Assembly (NCBI GenBank): GCA_051532035.1
Contig: JAOPTW010000064.1
Coordinates: 1 to 52,345 of the forward strand
Source: Fibrobacterales bacterium
Lineage (GTDB): Bacteria; Fibrobacterota; Fibrobacteria; Fibrobacterales; JAOPTW01
Length of the DNA stretch: 52,345 nt
Direction of reading: 5' to 3'
Shown here: piece by piece, positions 11,401 through 19,687 of the stretch
How positions within the stretch are numbered: position 1 is the stretch's first letter
Layout of the letters: each line of letters opens with the position of its first letter
Notes under the pieces: model-generated
Told to the model about the DNA's origin: nothing
Database searches by the model: none
Seen by the model: only the letters and a program-made list of their open reading frames with translations
Translations under genes and position numbers: made by a program

Positions 11401-11724
11401 AAAAACTATAGTCTTATTGTCAGTGAAAACAACTACGCTATAACTCACTTACTCCAAGGACCATCGGTACACAATATTCCGAACCCTTTCAAAACATATA
11501 CGACAATACAACTACATCAAGTCCCCCATTCTAGTGGTACTATTGCATTAAAGGTCTATACAGTAAATGGTGATCTTATTTATGAAGGCACCTCTCCCTT
11601 TACTGAAAGTATTAGATGGGAAGCTGTTGATGCGCAAGGCACACCATTAAAAAGTGGCATCTACATTTACCAAGTTACCACGGGGAGTACAGTCTTGAGG
11701 AATACAATGCATATTACTGATTAG
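5407..11724 (+). CDS. Large secreted multi-Ig/cadherin-like repeat surface protein with T9SS/FlgD-like C-terminal domain
   Basis: GGGAGG RBS, signal peptide, internal repeats, C-terminal NIPNPF...VYTVNG...WEAVDAQG...SGIYIY. Confidence 0.85.
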   Translation: MKKVLLFILGLLITQAVYSQAAYFNNFLSIDNPLLPDSATATPSAYRADTLRLIIQLGGTLEWKADYDANPDSITARLYNYLDSTIVVPLTIVRVDSCQISYQCVYVKGFIPDSVPLNEYRIETTSPSSNPTMITQPFFLFDKATALWNYTNNQLTLWFSEALASMMQDSLTFTFSREGFPNDSLIINGWMGSPSSGFDSTVIDLSTYGPTMPNYMHHGSNLLLRYVETDFIMQSSGENLPPAIVPVQVVGSPYFIAKAEINPVDSLLILYFHEKINPSFIDNTQTITVTNNSSVFSFYTVLDRLLYVGDSTMAVLQLPPLTPGLDSTAWRLEVNPNTFVNLINTDPNAIIVATDNFIIHQAIPASPTLDSAVLSNYASNLSLFWSDPVIYDSMPGLNIIALDPSGVYQSHVDISSHYIYTTTGDSTAIWWDYMLTDTLFNWLKKEWQVSIHVGYGQYRDSLSGDLVSLQTIPLTIRDDYVQMMIVEPDYTLDTNSHYFFDIALMHTIHDPSQYIVTGVSGNESAISNGSLTFHWTGIHWLMEFYTGPNTDTVSINITIQSPSDGSSTTYNFSTNTGDYPQLPFRPKAVQIMVDSITQQEYLSIEMLHHVSLGDSKAFSLKVYNDPFLNSLYTEISFDSLDNQFLNDSAAILRLSVTPTQKSMIESWIAAGKHLVFRTYSGFAQSLITNQQLPETLFEVKLWEQYPPPFEIIGPTFIQIPYTQTGDSIAYYTYDEYYQNDIEVYATSTNPALIYPIDSSLSPGPLYYFPYTLSSALGQCSLQIEGYNMYYEYMDTMTSFVDIYNPADPTHYVLIAPGTAMVLTHSTTVLAATIESKYTIEEITITASTSMGLIAPENISITKETYNTWLVTVSSTGLTGSEYITLNLIHGSFGILHSTTIPLEIYLPTVTLSIDTYPDSINYEDITTIGITTAAGFPLAIDWGLTTGLSPSSLILNNMGGGVWSLTVSPTNEEWGPVAIAINATDGYGATLSTSVLNVYVKSPLHRFTVEDFDHIIGYNEMRTIRVFIHPELTLTVESGETNVIANSGLRWVNMGDGQWVIYVTPTEGQWGIADLFIQTYTSNNTTIGSHQLTVEIDNQDDSFYEPCITFCLQRAVFEHNLTNSTILFEFNEPMEFVQSGTIHLIAYQYESRDDPAPKILQEMTFTIDAQTSLNTNSVQFALTESDVTLVKKMHLQSNVLLAEINVPLFRGLTSNVMNAFRQAPVDLEQGAVLQLYAAQYEPFEHKLQLTFDGILDASSLIPEDIITIAEHGLETSDEKSMDIVLQKYYFGDEDCDECNGDAQELTVFVSPQEHRALQSFQHKNNLIIHLDDGLLRSSSDQPLQESTIEYSIPLTYGISYGSNWITAATFDIEQKLLQLTLSTDITAYNSVQVDMDIATISLFLIFGVRDSMFASDGPPLEIQSNTVYLRTNDDQFTYYPSDSTLIIQLNTTNSDEAEYWRTYYSAVLEDEMVIYLHHGVLTNTENATNPDLTFTVDLGEVILPEDTTYIPPDDTLAPPPADSTFDFSAPEVDLKKFDGVTYFIMGDLWKVNISTSSFSFNAFTAQFEEYTTGDRVYLEADKYYTVVRNSGTQYSTATTITGSAYTSLDFDIKSMGTAYRIQFLNSYTKDAENVRFGYSVINLKTATADTVLDFHKSSIDKFGLPGDSLRVSAFITSLTDADSTFIQSFLITKDISLVIPTTVTVPEDTWQMVSFGSVPYQTSQLDDDVSLFWWYDAALRDLLFDRYFSKDNIDAVLPGQSAWVKSDTALTLLVTFDTSLVSLDIIHGDDGWNQVSNPYGFNLETQAFGERDFFKWNGNNYNLVNYLIPGEGYWTTVSRDETIDIERLVAWNHAEQTTSNVLYKKSIPTKGDWDMAISLKALKSNLHDEYNAIGIKPYATNDIDAFDKRELPVALGDAVALSFVQSDLLFRTDYKSEIKEYAVWNISAGTTKEEPIRAILTLDGLRDIQQLGYTFYLIEGNSHQKIENPDTEILLNGTKNYSLIVSENNYAITHLLQGPSVHNIPNPFKTYTTIQLHQVPHSSGTIALKVYTVNGDLIYEGTSPFTESIRWEAVDAQGTPLKSGIYIYQVTTGSTVLRNTMHITD

Positions 11725-11739
11725 CATAGTATACTGCAC

Positions 11740-11773
11740 AAAAAAAGCGGTTGAGCATCACACTCAACCGCTT
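11740..11773. terminator. Intrinsic terminator between convergent genes
   Basis: AAGCGGTTGAG-7nt-CTCAACCGCTT with A-tract on the left (U-tail on the minus strand). Confidence 0.85.
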
Positions 11774-11794
11774 AAAATAATATTCAATGTATGA

Positions 11795-12919
11795 TTACTC
11801 TACCGAATGATCAATAACATACGCAAACGTTACCGTACCATTGGTAAGGAGCGTCTGCCAACCAATGTATGTATAGACATGAATTGGATAAGCATTACAT
11901 GCGTAAGTACTATTGAGTCTTGTACCTGGCCAGTAGTTGTAAGTATATGGATTATACCAGTAGTAGGTCCCTACCTCTGGATATACATATTCATAAGAGT
12001 TGTATGATGCATACCCCGCTTCTGCATAAGGAACCCACTCAGCTTCACCTTCTGTAACCGCACATTTTTTAACGTAAATATCTTTCATACTTGCAGTAGT
12101 ATGAATAAGTGGCACAGTAATAGACTGTGGTGTAGCTTTATACAAAGCCCAACCATGGCCAGCCGGCATTACAAATTCAGAAGACTTTGAAAAAGCGATT
12201 TGGTATTCATGTCCATCTTCGAAATTCTCTGTAGAGATAACACCATCAGTAGTATTAAGAGTACCAAAGGTCAGTGTTTCCCAGCTCTGTTCAGTAGTAC
12301 CAGGAGTAAATGTACCCGGCTTACCAGGAAGATATGAATAAGCACGATACTCAATGACATCACCTACCGAAAGACCACTCCGTGTCACAGAGTAGGTTGT
12401 AGTACCATCACCATTATCTTCACCAGAATTCATAACAGGCCCTGCAATTACTTGTTGACCATTTACACGAACAAAAACTTCTACCCACTGTTGACCTGTT
12501 GGTAACAAAGCATTTACTTTAACAGTACCTTGATCAATATAGTCTGCACTTACTACGTGACGAGTTATACCACTGTAGGTAAAAGAGAGCCATTGACCAG
12601 CATCTTCACCTGGAGCAAATTGAGCCTCTGCATTTTCTTTATGGTAATACGCTCTAAATTTCACCTCATCACCAGTTTTAACATCATCAAGAGTAATGAC
12701 GTATTCATTCTCAGTTCCAAGATCTCTTACTCTATCAAATTGACTGGTTGCAATCACTTGCTCCCCGTTTACTTCTATGAACATCTCATTGTACGCATTG
12801 TCTTTATCTCCTACAAAAGAGATATCAACAACTCCTGGCTGTTGATTAATGTAATAGAGATAATTGCTTGCAAATGAAAGATTGACTAGGCATACGAGTG
12901 CCACGATATATTTAACCAT
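11795..12919 (-). CDS. Secreted protein with two tandem CBM56-like domains plus unknown Tyr/Cys-rich C-terminal domain
   Basis: GAGGGGG RBS, signal peptide, duplicated ~100-aa unit (EMFIEVNGEQVIA...GDEVKFRAY / EVFVRVNGQQVIA...GDVIEYRAY). Confidence 0.65.
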   Translation of the reverse strand: MVKYIVALVCLVNLSFASNYLYYINQQPGVVDISFVGDKDNAYNEMFIEVNGEQVIATSQFDRVRDLGTENEYVITLDDVKTGDEVKFRAYYHKENAEAQFAPGEDAGQWLSFTYSGITRHVVSADYIDQGTVKVNALLPTGQQWVEVFVRVNGQQVIAGPVMNSGEDNGDGTTTYSVTRSGLSVGDVIEYRAYSYLPGKPGTFTPGTTEQSWETLTFGTLNTTDGVISTENFEDGHEYQIAFSKSSEFVMPAGHGWALYKATPQSITVPLIHTTASMKDIYVKKCAVTEGEAEWVPYAEAGYASYNSYEYVYPEVGTYYWYNPYTYNYWPGTRLNSTYACNAYPIHVYTYIGWQTLLTNGTVTFAYVIDHSVE

Positions 12920-13174
12920 TGTTCCCCCTCAGAAATAGGCTTGTGTTGTGTAATTTATGGGTATGAATGCATTGAAAGTGCATAGATGTCTGGACCACTC
13001 CTCTCTTGCCATGTCATAACCATCTGCAGGCTTATGCTGCGCTACAAATATAGGCCTTCCTTTCAAGCATGCAAAATAGTATGTTATCGAATTTCTACAT
13101 TGAGTTCAGAGTTTACACAACATTTTGTGAACAGCTGTACCAGCAGAAAGTAATTGACTACCAAATAGTAAGGC

Positions 13175-13678
13175 TTATTGTCCATACTCTTTAAGGGCAA
13201 GCCACAGGCGCATATCAAACTCTAGAGCATGATAGCCTGGTTCGATATGCGTACAAAGATTATAAAAAGCTTTACTATGGTCACGTTCCTTAAGATGGGC
13301 AAGTTCATGAACCACTATTGCACGTAAAATAGGTTCAGGGGCTTTTTTAAACTGTTCGGCGACATGGATGGCGTGCTTGGCTTTAATTTTTTTACCCTGA
13401 ATCCGGGGGGTGACCGTAAAAATACCAAGGGCTTGTTTCTCTAAACTCACTTTTTTATCAAAACAGATTCGAGAAAGCGGTGGGGCGCTTTTTAAATAGC
13501 GCTTTTTAAATTCAGAGACATACTCATAGAGGAGTTTATCATTACTAATCTCTCCATTTTTAAAATCAGCATATTTTTTCTGCAATGAAGCAGCAGCACG
13601 CCCACTTTCGAACGCCGGTTTTAGTGCAGTAACTACCTCTGCCCCATACCCATTTAAATATCGTAAACACTTATCCAT
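13175..13678 (-). CDS. ygjP: YgjP-like (DUF45/M48) zinc-motif protein, UTP pyrophosphatase family
   Basis: LRYLNGY N-terminus, IVVHELAHLKERDHSKAFYNLC and FDMRLWL motifs. Confidence 0.85.
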   Translation of the reverse strand: MDKCLRYLNGYGAEVVTALKPAFESGRAAASLQKKYADFKNGEISNDKLLYEYVSEFKKRYLKSAPPLSRICFDKKVSLEKQALGIFTVTPRIQGKKIKAKHAIHVAEQFKKAPEPILRAIVVHELAHLKERDHSKAFYNLCTHIEPGYHALEFDMRLWLALKEYGQ

Positions 13679-13911
13679 AAAGCAAACATACCTAAGTATT
13701 GATAATCTCACTAGCCACAATAAGACACCAAACACATTTTTCAGATAAAAACGTCACAAACACCCCATAAAACTCTAATTAGTTTCACATTTTCAATTCA
13801 TAATCTGTATACAACACCATAATTGTAGTCATTTTAATGGAAGTACAATATACTCATTACATCACTGTGAGTCTTATACTCATCAATATGAATATTTATC
13901 ATAGGTTGACC

Positions 13912-14763
13912 ATGAACCATACCAAACTCACACAGATGCTTCTAGAAAATCTCCCTATCCCTCCTCAACCAGATATTTTAGTTGCATTTATAAAGGAACG
14001 CAGAAAAAATAATCCTGACGTGCAAGAGATTTCAAAAATGATTCAAAATGATATGGGACTCTCTGTTGCGATTTTAAAAACAGTTAACTCTGCGGCATTT
14101 AGCTTCTCTTTTGATATAGTCTCAATTAACCAGGCAGTGATGATCTTGGGACTTAACAATTTAAGTAACCTTATTTTTGCTTTTTGCCTTCAGCAATCAT
14201 CGGGTCAGAATAGCCCAGAAATGAAAAACATATGGGAAGAGTCACAATCAGTCGCGCTTATTGCCGCTAAGCTCGCTCAACAATTTACCACCATCGCTCC
14301 AGATGAAGCTTTTGCTGGTGCACTCCTCTCAAACTGTGGAGCTCCAATACTTAAAGTTCATTCAAATGAGTACCTCCCCTTCTTTTCTCAGCATCACAAT
14401 AATGCCACAGAAGACTTTATTAAAAGTGAAAATGAAACATTCCGATTGGACCATGCTGTTGTAGGGTATTACTTTGCAAAACGATGGGACTTCCCCATGC
14501 AACTGTGCCACACTATTTATCATCACCACACAACAAATTTTAAAAATGATTTGATGCATATAAAACCGAAAGAGATGCGCACAAAAATCAGTCGTATCGT
14601 TGCACTTATCCAGGCTGCAGAATATCTCTATCACGCGTCAAAACAATTTCCTGCACCTTATAGTTGGGAAAAAAATAGTGATACCATTGCAACTCTTCTC
14701 TCGACTGATCGATCGTGTATTGAGGAAATGGTTCAGGTTGTTGAAAGCGTCATGTTTGCGTAA
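13912..14763 (+). CDS. HDOD domain signalling protein
   Basis: IPPQP, DMGLS..LKTVNSAAF, SINQAVMILG, DHAVVGYYFAKRWDFP, IYHHH. Track start is 13837. Confidence 0.92.
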   Translation: MNHTKLTQMLLENLPIPPQPDILVAFIKERRKNNPDVQEISKMIQNDMGLSVAILKTVNSAAFSFSFDIVSINQAVMILGLNNLSNLIFAFCLQQSSGQNSPEMKNIWEESQSVALIAAKLAQQFTTIAPDEAFAGALLSNCGAPILKVHSNEYLPFFSQHHNNATEDFIKSENETFRLDHAVVGYYFAKRWDFPMQLCHTIYHHHTTNFKNDLMHIKPKEMRTKISRIVALIQAAEYLYHASKQFPAPYSWEKNSDTIATLLSTDRSCIEEMVQVVESVMFA

Positions 14764-14910
14764 CTCCTTTTTCTTAAGAAATTTTAGGCAATTTGCTCTA
14801 AAAGAGTGTTTTTTTAGGCAACCAATGTAAAGACTCCTTTACCTAAGAGCTCACACCGCTCTAACAACTGACTAATAAGTCATTTTTTCTACTATTGACG
14901 CCAGTTCCTT

Positions 14911-16398
14911 ATGAGAGTGGTACAGCAAGTGAAAGCATTGAAACTGCTTTGTACATTCTTTATTCTCTATTTCATTACTGAGTGCTCCTTTGAAGAGGTG
15001 TTGATTACTGATGTACAATCAAGTGATTCTCTCCCGTTATTAAAAAAAGAAGAGCGAAGCAATGACACAATTCTAACGATCAATTCACCATTCTCTTGTG
15101 TTATCACCGAGAGCAGTTTTATCCTTGGTTCAAATGAGATCATTGGTGGTACACGCACCTATCAAATCCCCTATGCCGATCAAATTGTCGCAACCAAAGA
15201 GATGAATCCCTATCGCGAAATCGACCTCAGTCAATCCTACACGATTGCCCTTGTTATCGCTCAAATTGACGGCATTCTTCATGGATATGAGGTTCTCAAT
15301 ACTTGCGAAGTAATGGGAATTTACAATCAAATACAGGGAGATGGCTCTCTTCTAAGAAATCAATCGCTCTTAGCACTTCCCGATCCAGATTTAGAGCTTA
15401 AAAACCTCACCATTATTTGGGAAGGGTTTATGTATGAACAAGATCAGGACCTCTCCTTGACCTATCATATACAAGAGTTTAATGAAAGTTATAAAATTCC
15501 ATTCTCCCAATTTTTTGAAAATCGTTTATGGTACGGCACTATTCACTCTATCACTCCTATTCTTTCTGCCAAAAAGACCACCCTCGCTTGTCAAGTTGAT
15601 GAACGCAGCTTTAAGGGTAACAACTCATTAACAATAGATAATACCGGCGCATTTCAGATACCTACATCCGAAAACATACTTGATCTCTTTTTATTTAATA
15701 GAGGTGAACGGGGGCAATTTAAACACTCAAAAATTCCCTTTAAAAAACGTATTGTCGGAACTTTTGTTGCTCAGATTGATGGTCGGCTTCATGGCTACTC
15801 TCTCCATAGAGATTGTTCGGTAACCGGTCTTGCACGTCAAGAACTTCCGAACGATTCAGTCGTACACAATATCTCTCTTGTTGCACAACCAGATAATGGT
15901 GCGGGAGAACTCTATGGTGTATCGAACGGATACACTTACGAATGGCTTGGTTGGGTTGAACACAAGGACTGGCGCTACAACATGTCATTCAGAATTGTTG
16001 AACTTGACCAAACATACATAGTACCCTTCAGGGGTAATTACGGTGGGAAGCTGAGATATAACGCCCCCCATACCTATGATATCTGCCATCAACTCCCCTT
16101 GACTAATAAAAGCGTTCGCCCAGGGCCACTCCGTAAGCGTGTTAAAAGAGGCCGCTCAATTAAGCTATGGGTTAACCGCTATCATGGATGCACTGATGAC
16201 AACAATGGTTTTGAATATTACAATAAAGAGAGCCCTAACACGCTCTATCGGTGGTATAACAGCCGTGGAAAACGCATTGGATCTGGTCAGAGTATTTGGA
16301 TAAAGCCAAGAAAGACCGACACTTATACTATCATTGCAAAAGATGTGAGCACTGGTAAAAAAGCGCGCGCCTATATTAAAGTTAAAGTGCAGAAATAG
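14911..16398 (+). CDS. Hypothetical exported (lipo)protein with duplicated domain and basic Ig-like C-terminus
   Basis: Repeated AQIDG(I/R)LHGY...C.V.G...N.SL.A.PD; C-terminal YRWY...GSGQSIWIKP..TDTYTI. Confidence 0.7.
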   Translation: MRVVQQVKALKLLCTFFILYFITECSFEEVLITDVQSSDSLPLLKKEERSNDTILTINSPFSCVITESSFILGSNEIIGGTRTYQIPYADQIVATKEMNPYREIDLSQSYTIALVIAQIDGILHGYEVLNTCEVMGIYNQIQGDGSLLRNQSLLALPDPDLELKNLTIIWEGFMYEQDQDLSLTYHIQEFNESYKIPFSQFFENRLWYGTIHSITPILSAKKTTLACQVDERSFKGNNSLTIDNTGAFQIPTSENILDLFLFNRGERGQFKHSKIPFKKRIVGTFVAQIDGRLHGYSLHRDCSVTGLARQELPNDSVVHNISLVAQPDNGAGELYGVSNGYTYEWLGWVEHKDWRYNMSFRIVELDQTYIVPFRGNYGGKLRYNAPHTYDICHQLPLTNKSVRPGPLRKRVKRGRSIKLWVNRYHGCTDDNNGFEYYNKESPNTLYRWYNSRGKRIGSGQSIWIKPRKTDTYTIIAKDVSTGKKARAYIKVKVQK

Positions 16399-17029
16399 CA
16401 GGCGTAGGTTCTACTTCTCCTGACCACTCTCTCAAGGATTGCTTAAAACGCTCTCCAAACTCTCCATCAATATGTGGATTATTTGCTATCTCATCAAAGG
16501 TAATAATGGAAGAATCTTCTACTCCATTAGATGAAGGCTGAATATAGAGGACCTCACACTCTTTTTTACAGAGCTTTGTACGGTAGTGACCAGAGTCAGA
16601 CACTTCCATACATCCAATAGAACACAACTCATCAAGGAGGATTTTATATTTTTCTCTATAATGTGTCGCAGAGTAAATGAGACGCACCCCTTCTAGAAGG
16701 GTATTTAAACCTGCCTCTTGTGCAAGTTTCAAATGCCCACTCTGTTTGTATTGCTTAAGATTTGCATCAGTGCGTAATTCAATAAGAAAAACTTTTGCAT
16801 CGGTAAACACCACAAAGTCAATTTTACTTGATCGGTTTGACCGAACCCCTTTATAAATGTCTCCATGGCGAACAGGAAACTCAGGTATAATTCCCCGAAT
16901 TGAATCGATACCACGATTAGCTAAAATCTCTTGAATATAGAGTGAAAAAAAGATATCTGCCCGACGCTCTAATTGCCAGCTTGGAAACTGGCGCCATTTA
17001 TCCATTATACTAAAAAGTTGATTAATCAT
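16382..17029 (-). CDS. Hypothetical protein, PD-(D/E)xK nuclease-like fold
   Basis: GGAGGG RBS before ATG 17029; QLERRADIFF, IPEFP and KIDFVVF...LIELRTD. Confidence 0.6.
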   Translation of the reverse strand: MINQLFSIMDKWRQFPSWQLERRADIFFSLYIQEILANRGIDSIRGIIPEFPVRHGDIYKGVRSNRSSKIDFVVFTDAKVFLIELRTDANLKQYKQSGHLKLAQEAGLNTLLEGVRLIYSATHYREKYKILLDELCSIGCMEVSDSGHYRTKLCKKECEVLYIQPSSNGVEDSSIITFDEIANNPHIDGEFGERFKQSLREWSGEVEPTPAISAL

Positions 17030-17157
17030 TGTCCCTCCAACAGTATTCACAATTTGCCCCCACTCAGTAAGCATTGGCTAGAAGCTCATGTGGACATATT
17101 TATTGTGTTTATCAACATAACAATTATTAAAAACTGTTCACCATATATTTATTTGAG

Positions 17158-17173
17158 TGTGACACAGGTCACA
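17158..17173. promoter_or_regulatory. Perfect CRP-type box TGTGA-CACAGG-TCACA
   Basis: Exact TGTGA-N6-TCACA in a divergent intergenic region, next to TATAAT at 17182. Confidence 0.55.
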
Positions 17174-17569
17174 TGCTAAGGTATAATACCGGTCATTTCT
17201 AATATTTTCACAGTATAACTGGTGACTATTAAAGTAGACTAAAACTGTGATGTATCTTGATATCAAGCAAGACCCTGCCATAAACTACCAAAATGAAGTA
17301 AGCCCAAAGTATTAGTTTTTTTATTTATTAGAAAGAACAACTTTTATTTTACATGTCTTTTTCAAAAAAAGAATATATGTTAATACTACACTGGGGATAC
17401 ACACAGAATTGAAACGTACAACAGGGCTTTTTTGACACATAAGAAATAGACTATTTCTTATGAGCCATAGTCCTTGGGCACCCTACCTTACCCTAAGTAA
17501 CATTTCATCTTTGTGGAATATAAATAGAATAAGTTAATTTATAGATACACAACAACATTTGAGATAACC

Positions 17570-19576
17570 ATGAAATATTTACCGAGAAATACTCTCTCCA
17601 GAGTATGCTTTTTTGGCATACTTACAAGTCTGGGCATATCTGCACAGACTCCTTTAAAAGCGAACACGCTAATCGCTTTAGACAATCCCCAAACAGGCAT
17701 TGAGGAATTTGAAGGTAAAATCCCTCTCGGAGACACCTTCACACCAGTCAACACAGTGACCTACGAAACCTCTAAAAGCGGCAACCACCTAACCGAAGTA
17801 GCTTCTGGTGAGGTGGAAAGTGGTGATGGTAATAATTCAGTTATCATTACCATTGAAACCGACCAATCAAATCAACGGCAGCAAATTGAAGGGATAGGTG
17901 GTTCAATGACCCCTGCCTCTGCCCATGTACTCAATCAAATTAGTAAAGAAAAAAGAGATGAAGTCATTAAAAAATACTTCCACCCAACAGAGGGTATTGG
18001 CTATAGCGCGAGTAGACTCTGCATTGCAAGTTCCGACTTTTCACCTCATTCATACACATACTCACAAAACGAAAGTTTTGACCTCGGAGACTTTACTATA
18101 GAGGCAGAAATGAATACAGTGGTCCCCCTTGTTCAAGATGCCCTCAAAGAGGCAAATGGCAACATCAGAATTATGTCATCTGCTTGGACGGGCCCTCCAT
18201 GGATGAAGGACAATAACGATTTTAAAGGCGGAAAACTCAGACATGAGCATAGGGACACATACTCTCTTTTTATATCAAAATATATTGAAGAGTATGCCAA
18301 ACAAGGTATCCCTATTTGGGCAATAACCCCCGAAAATGAGCCCGTTGGAAACAACGGTTCTTGGGAGAGCATGGAATTTACAGCCGAAGAGATGGCAGCA
18401 TTTATTGATGAAAGCCTCGGTCCAATGATGAAAGACAAACACCCTGAAGTAAAAATGTATGTCTTTGATCAAAACAAGGATGAGATGCATCACTGGGCAA
18501 ACACGATACTTAACAAAGGAAACAATAGAGAGTATGTAGACGGTATAGCCATTCACTGGTACTCACACACCGAGAACCATTATGGTAATGAACTTGAAGA
18601 TATGAATCGCGACTTTCCCGATCATCCCACCTTTGGCACCGAGCACTCTATAGACAACATTGCGAATGATGTTTCTATCAACGACAAAAACTTTTTTAAC
18701 AATGATCCATGGTTTTTTGAAAAGCACGTAGGCGGCTGGGGTGCAGCTTATGCAAATCCTCGACACCCTTTTGTTGCCGCATTCTATCGATATGCCCGCG
18801 ATATCATTGTCGACCTTAACCATTGGACAATCGGATGGATCGACTGGAACTTTGTACTCGACAGAACAGGGGGGCCAAACCATGTAAACAACCTCTGTCT
18901 TGCACCCGTAATGATAGATACCGACAATGATGATGTCTACTACACCCCACTCTATTATGCAATGGGCCACTTCAGTAAATTTATTCGTCCAGGCTCTCGT
19001 GCAGTTCCTCACACCATTCAGGGGCGCGACGGATTGCTTGCCACTACAGTACTCAATAGAGATGGAAGCCTTGCTGTCGTAATCCTCAATGACAAAGAGG
19101 ATTCATTTGATTATAGTATACGGGTAAATGGAACCGTTGTAGATGGTACTATTGATGGCAGTGCGCTTCAAACAGTTGTACTACTCCAAGAAATACCGGA
19201 AGAACCATCAAGTTCATCGGTAGAACTCAGCTCATCTGAAGAGATCATGTCATCAGAACCTCAAGCAGAATCATCTGAAGAGGTCTCATCTTTTGAGGAG
19301 TCTTCAGACGTTGAAGAAGAGTCGAGCCAGCAAGATGAGTCCTCACAAGAACTTGAAGAGTCTTCAGAGGACCGAACAAGCCTTATGATCGATCTACAGT
19401 TGACCCACGGCTCAGTAAATAAAATTTACATCCCCGAAGCAACAGAGCAACTGAGCCTCTACACGTTCCTCGGTCAACTTGTAGCACAGTACGATGTTTC
19501 TCAATCTGCAGGTAAAGAGTTCTCATTACCACAAGAGGCTACTCAAAATAGCCAACTTATTATTCAATTCAAATAA
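17570..19576 (+). CDS. Glycoside hydrolase family 30 (glucosylceramidase/beta-1,6-glucanase-like) with Ser/Glu linker and T9SS-like CTD
   Basis: GIGGSMT, IASSDFS, SAWTGPPWMK, ITPENEP (acid/base), GIAIHWY, GTEH (nucleophile), GWIDWN, HFSKFIRPGS. Confidence 0.92.
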   Translation: MKYLPRNTLSRVCFFGILTSLGISAQTPLKANTLIALDNPQTGIEEFEGKIPLGDTFTPVNTVTYETSKSGNHLTEVASGEVESGDGNNSVIITIETDQSNQRQQIEGIGGSMTPASAHVLNQISKEKRDEVIKKYFHPTEGIGYSASRLCIASSDFSPHSYTYSQNESFDLGDFTIEAEMNTVVPLVQDALKEANGNIRIMSSAWTGPPWMKDNNDFKGGKLRHEHRDTYSLFISKYIEEYAKQGIPIWAITPENEPVGNNGSWESMEFTAEEMAAFIDESLGPMMKDKHPEVKMYVFDQNKDEMHHWANTILNKGNNREYVDGIAIHWYSHTENHYGNELEDMNRDFPDHPTFGTEHSIDNIANDVSINDKNFFNNDPWFFEKHVGGWGAAYANPRHPFVAAFYRYARDIIVDLNHWTIGWIDWNFVLDRTGGPNHVNNLCLAPVMIDTDNDDVYYTPLYYAMGHFSKFIRPGSRAVPHTIQGRDGLLATTVLNRDGSLAVVILNDKEDSFDYSIRVNGTVVDGTIDGSALQTVVLLQEIPEEPSSSSVELSSSEEIMSSEPQAESSEEVSSFEESSDVEEESSQQDESSQELEESSEDRTSLMIDLQLTHGSVNKIYIPEATEQLSLYTFLGQLVAQYDVSQSAGKEFSLPQEATQNSQLIIQFK

Positions 19577-19577
19577 T

Positions 19578-19617
<40 letters not shown>

Positions 19618-19652
19618 CTCATTAACATCCTCTCTCTTTTAATTAAGACACC

Positions 19653-19686
19653 AAAAGGTACCTTCTATAATACAGGTGCCTTTTTT
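19653..19686. terminator. Bidirectional intrinsic terminator
   Basis: AAAAGGTACCT...AGGTGCCTTTTTT between convergent GH30 and kinase genes. Confidence 0.7.
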
Positions 19687-19687
19687 A

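Noticed and set aside
12920..13060. Possible riboswitch in the leader of the CBM56-like gene
   Set aside because: Only one imperfect stem (UGCAGAUG/CAUCUAUGCA) and no recognisable aptamer motif.
17256..17267. CTTGATATCAAG palindrome (TTGATATCAA also at 48192) as an FNR site
   Set aside because: It lacks the 4-nt spacer, and the same word occurs inside a CDS near 10235, so it is likely chance in AT-rich DNA.
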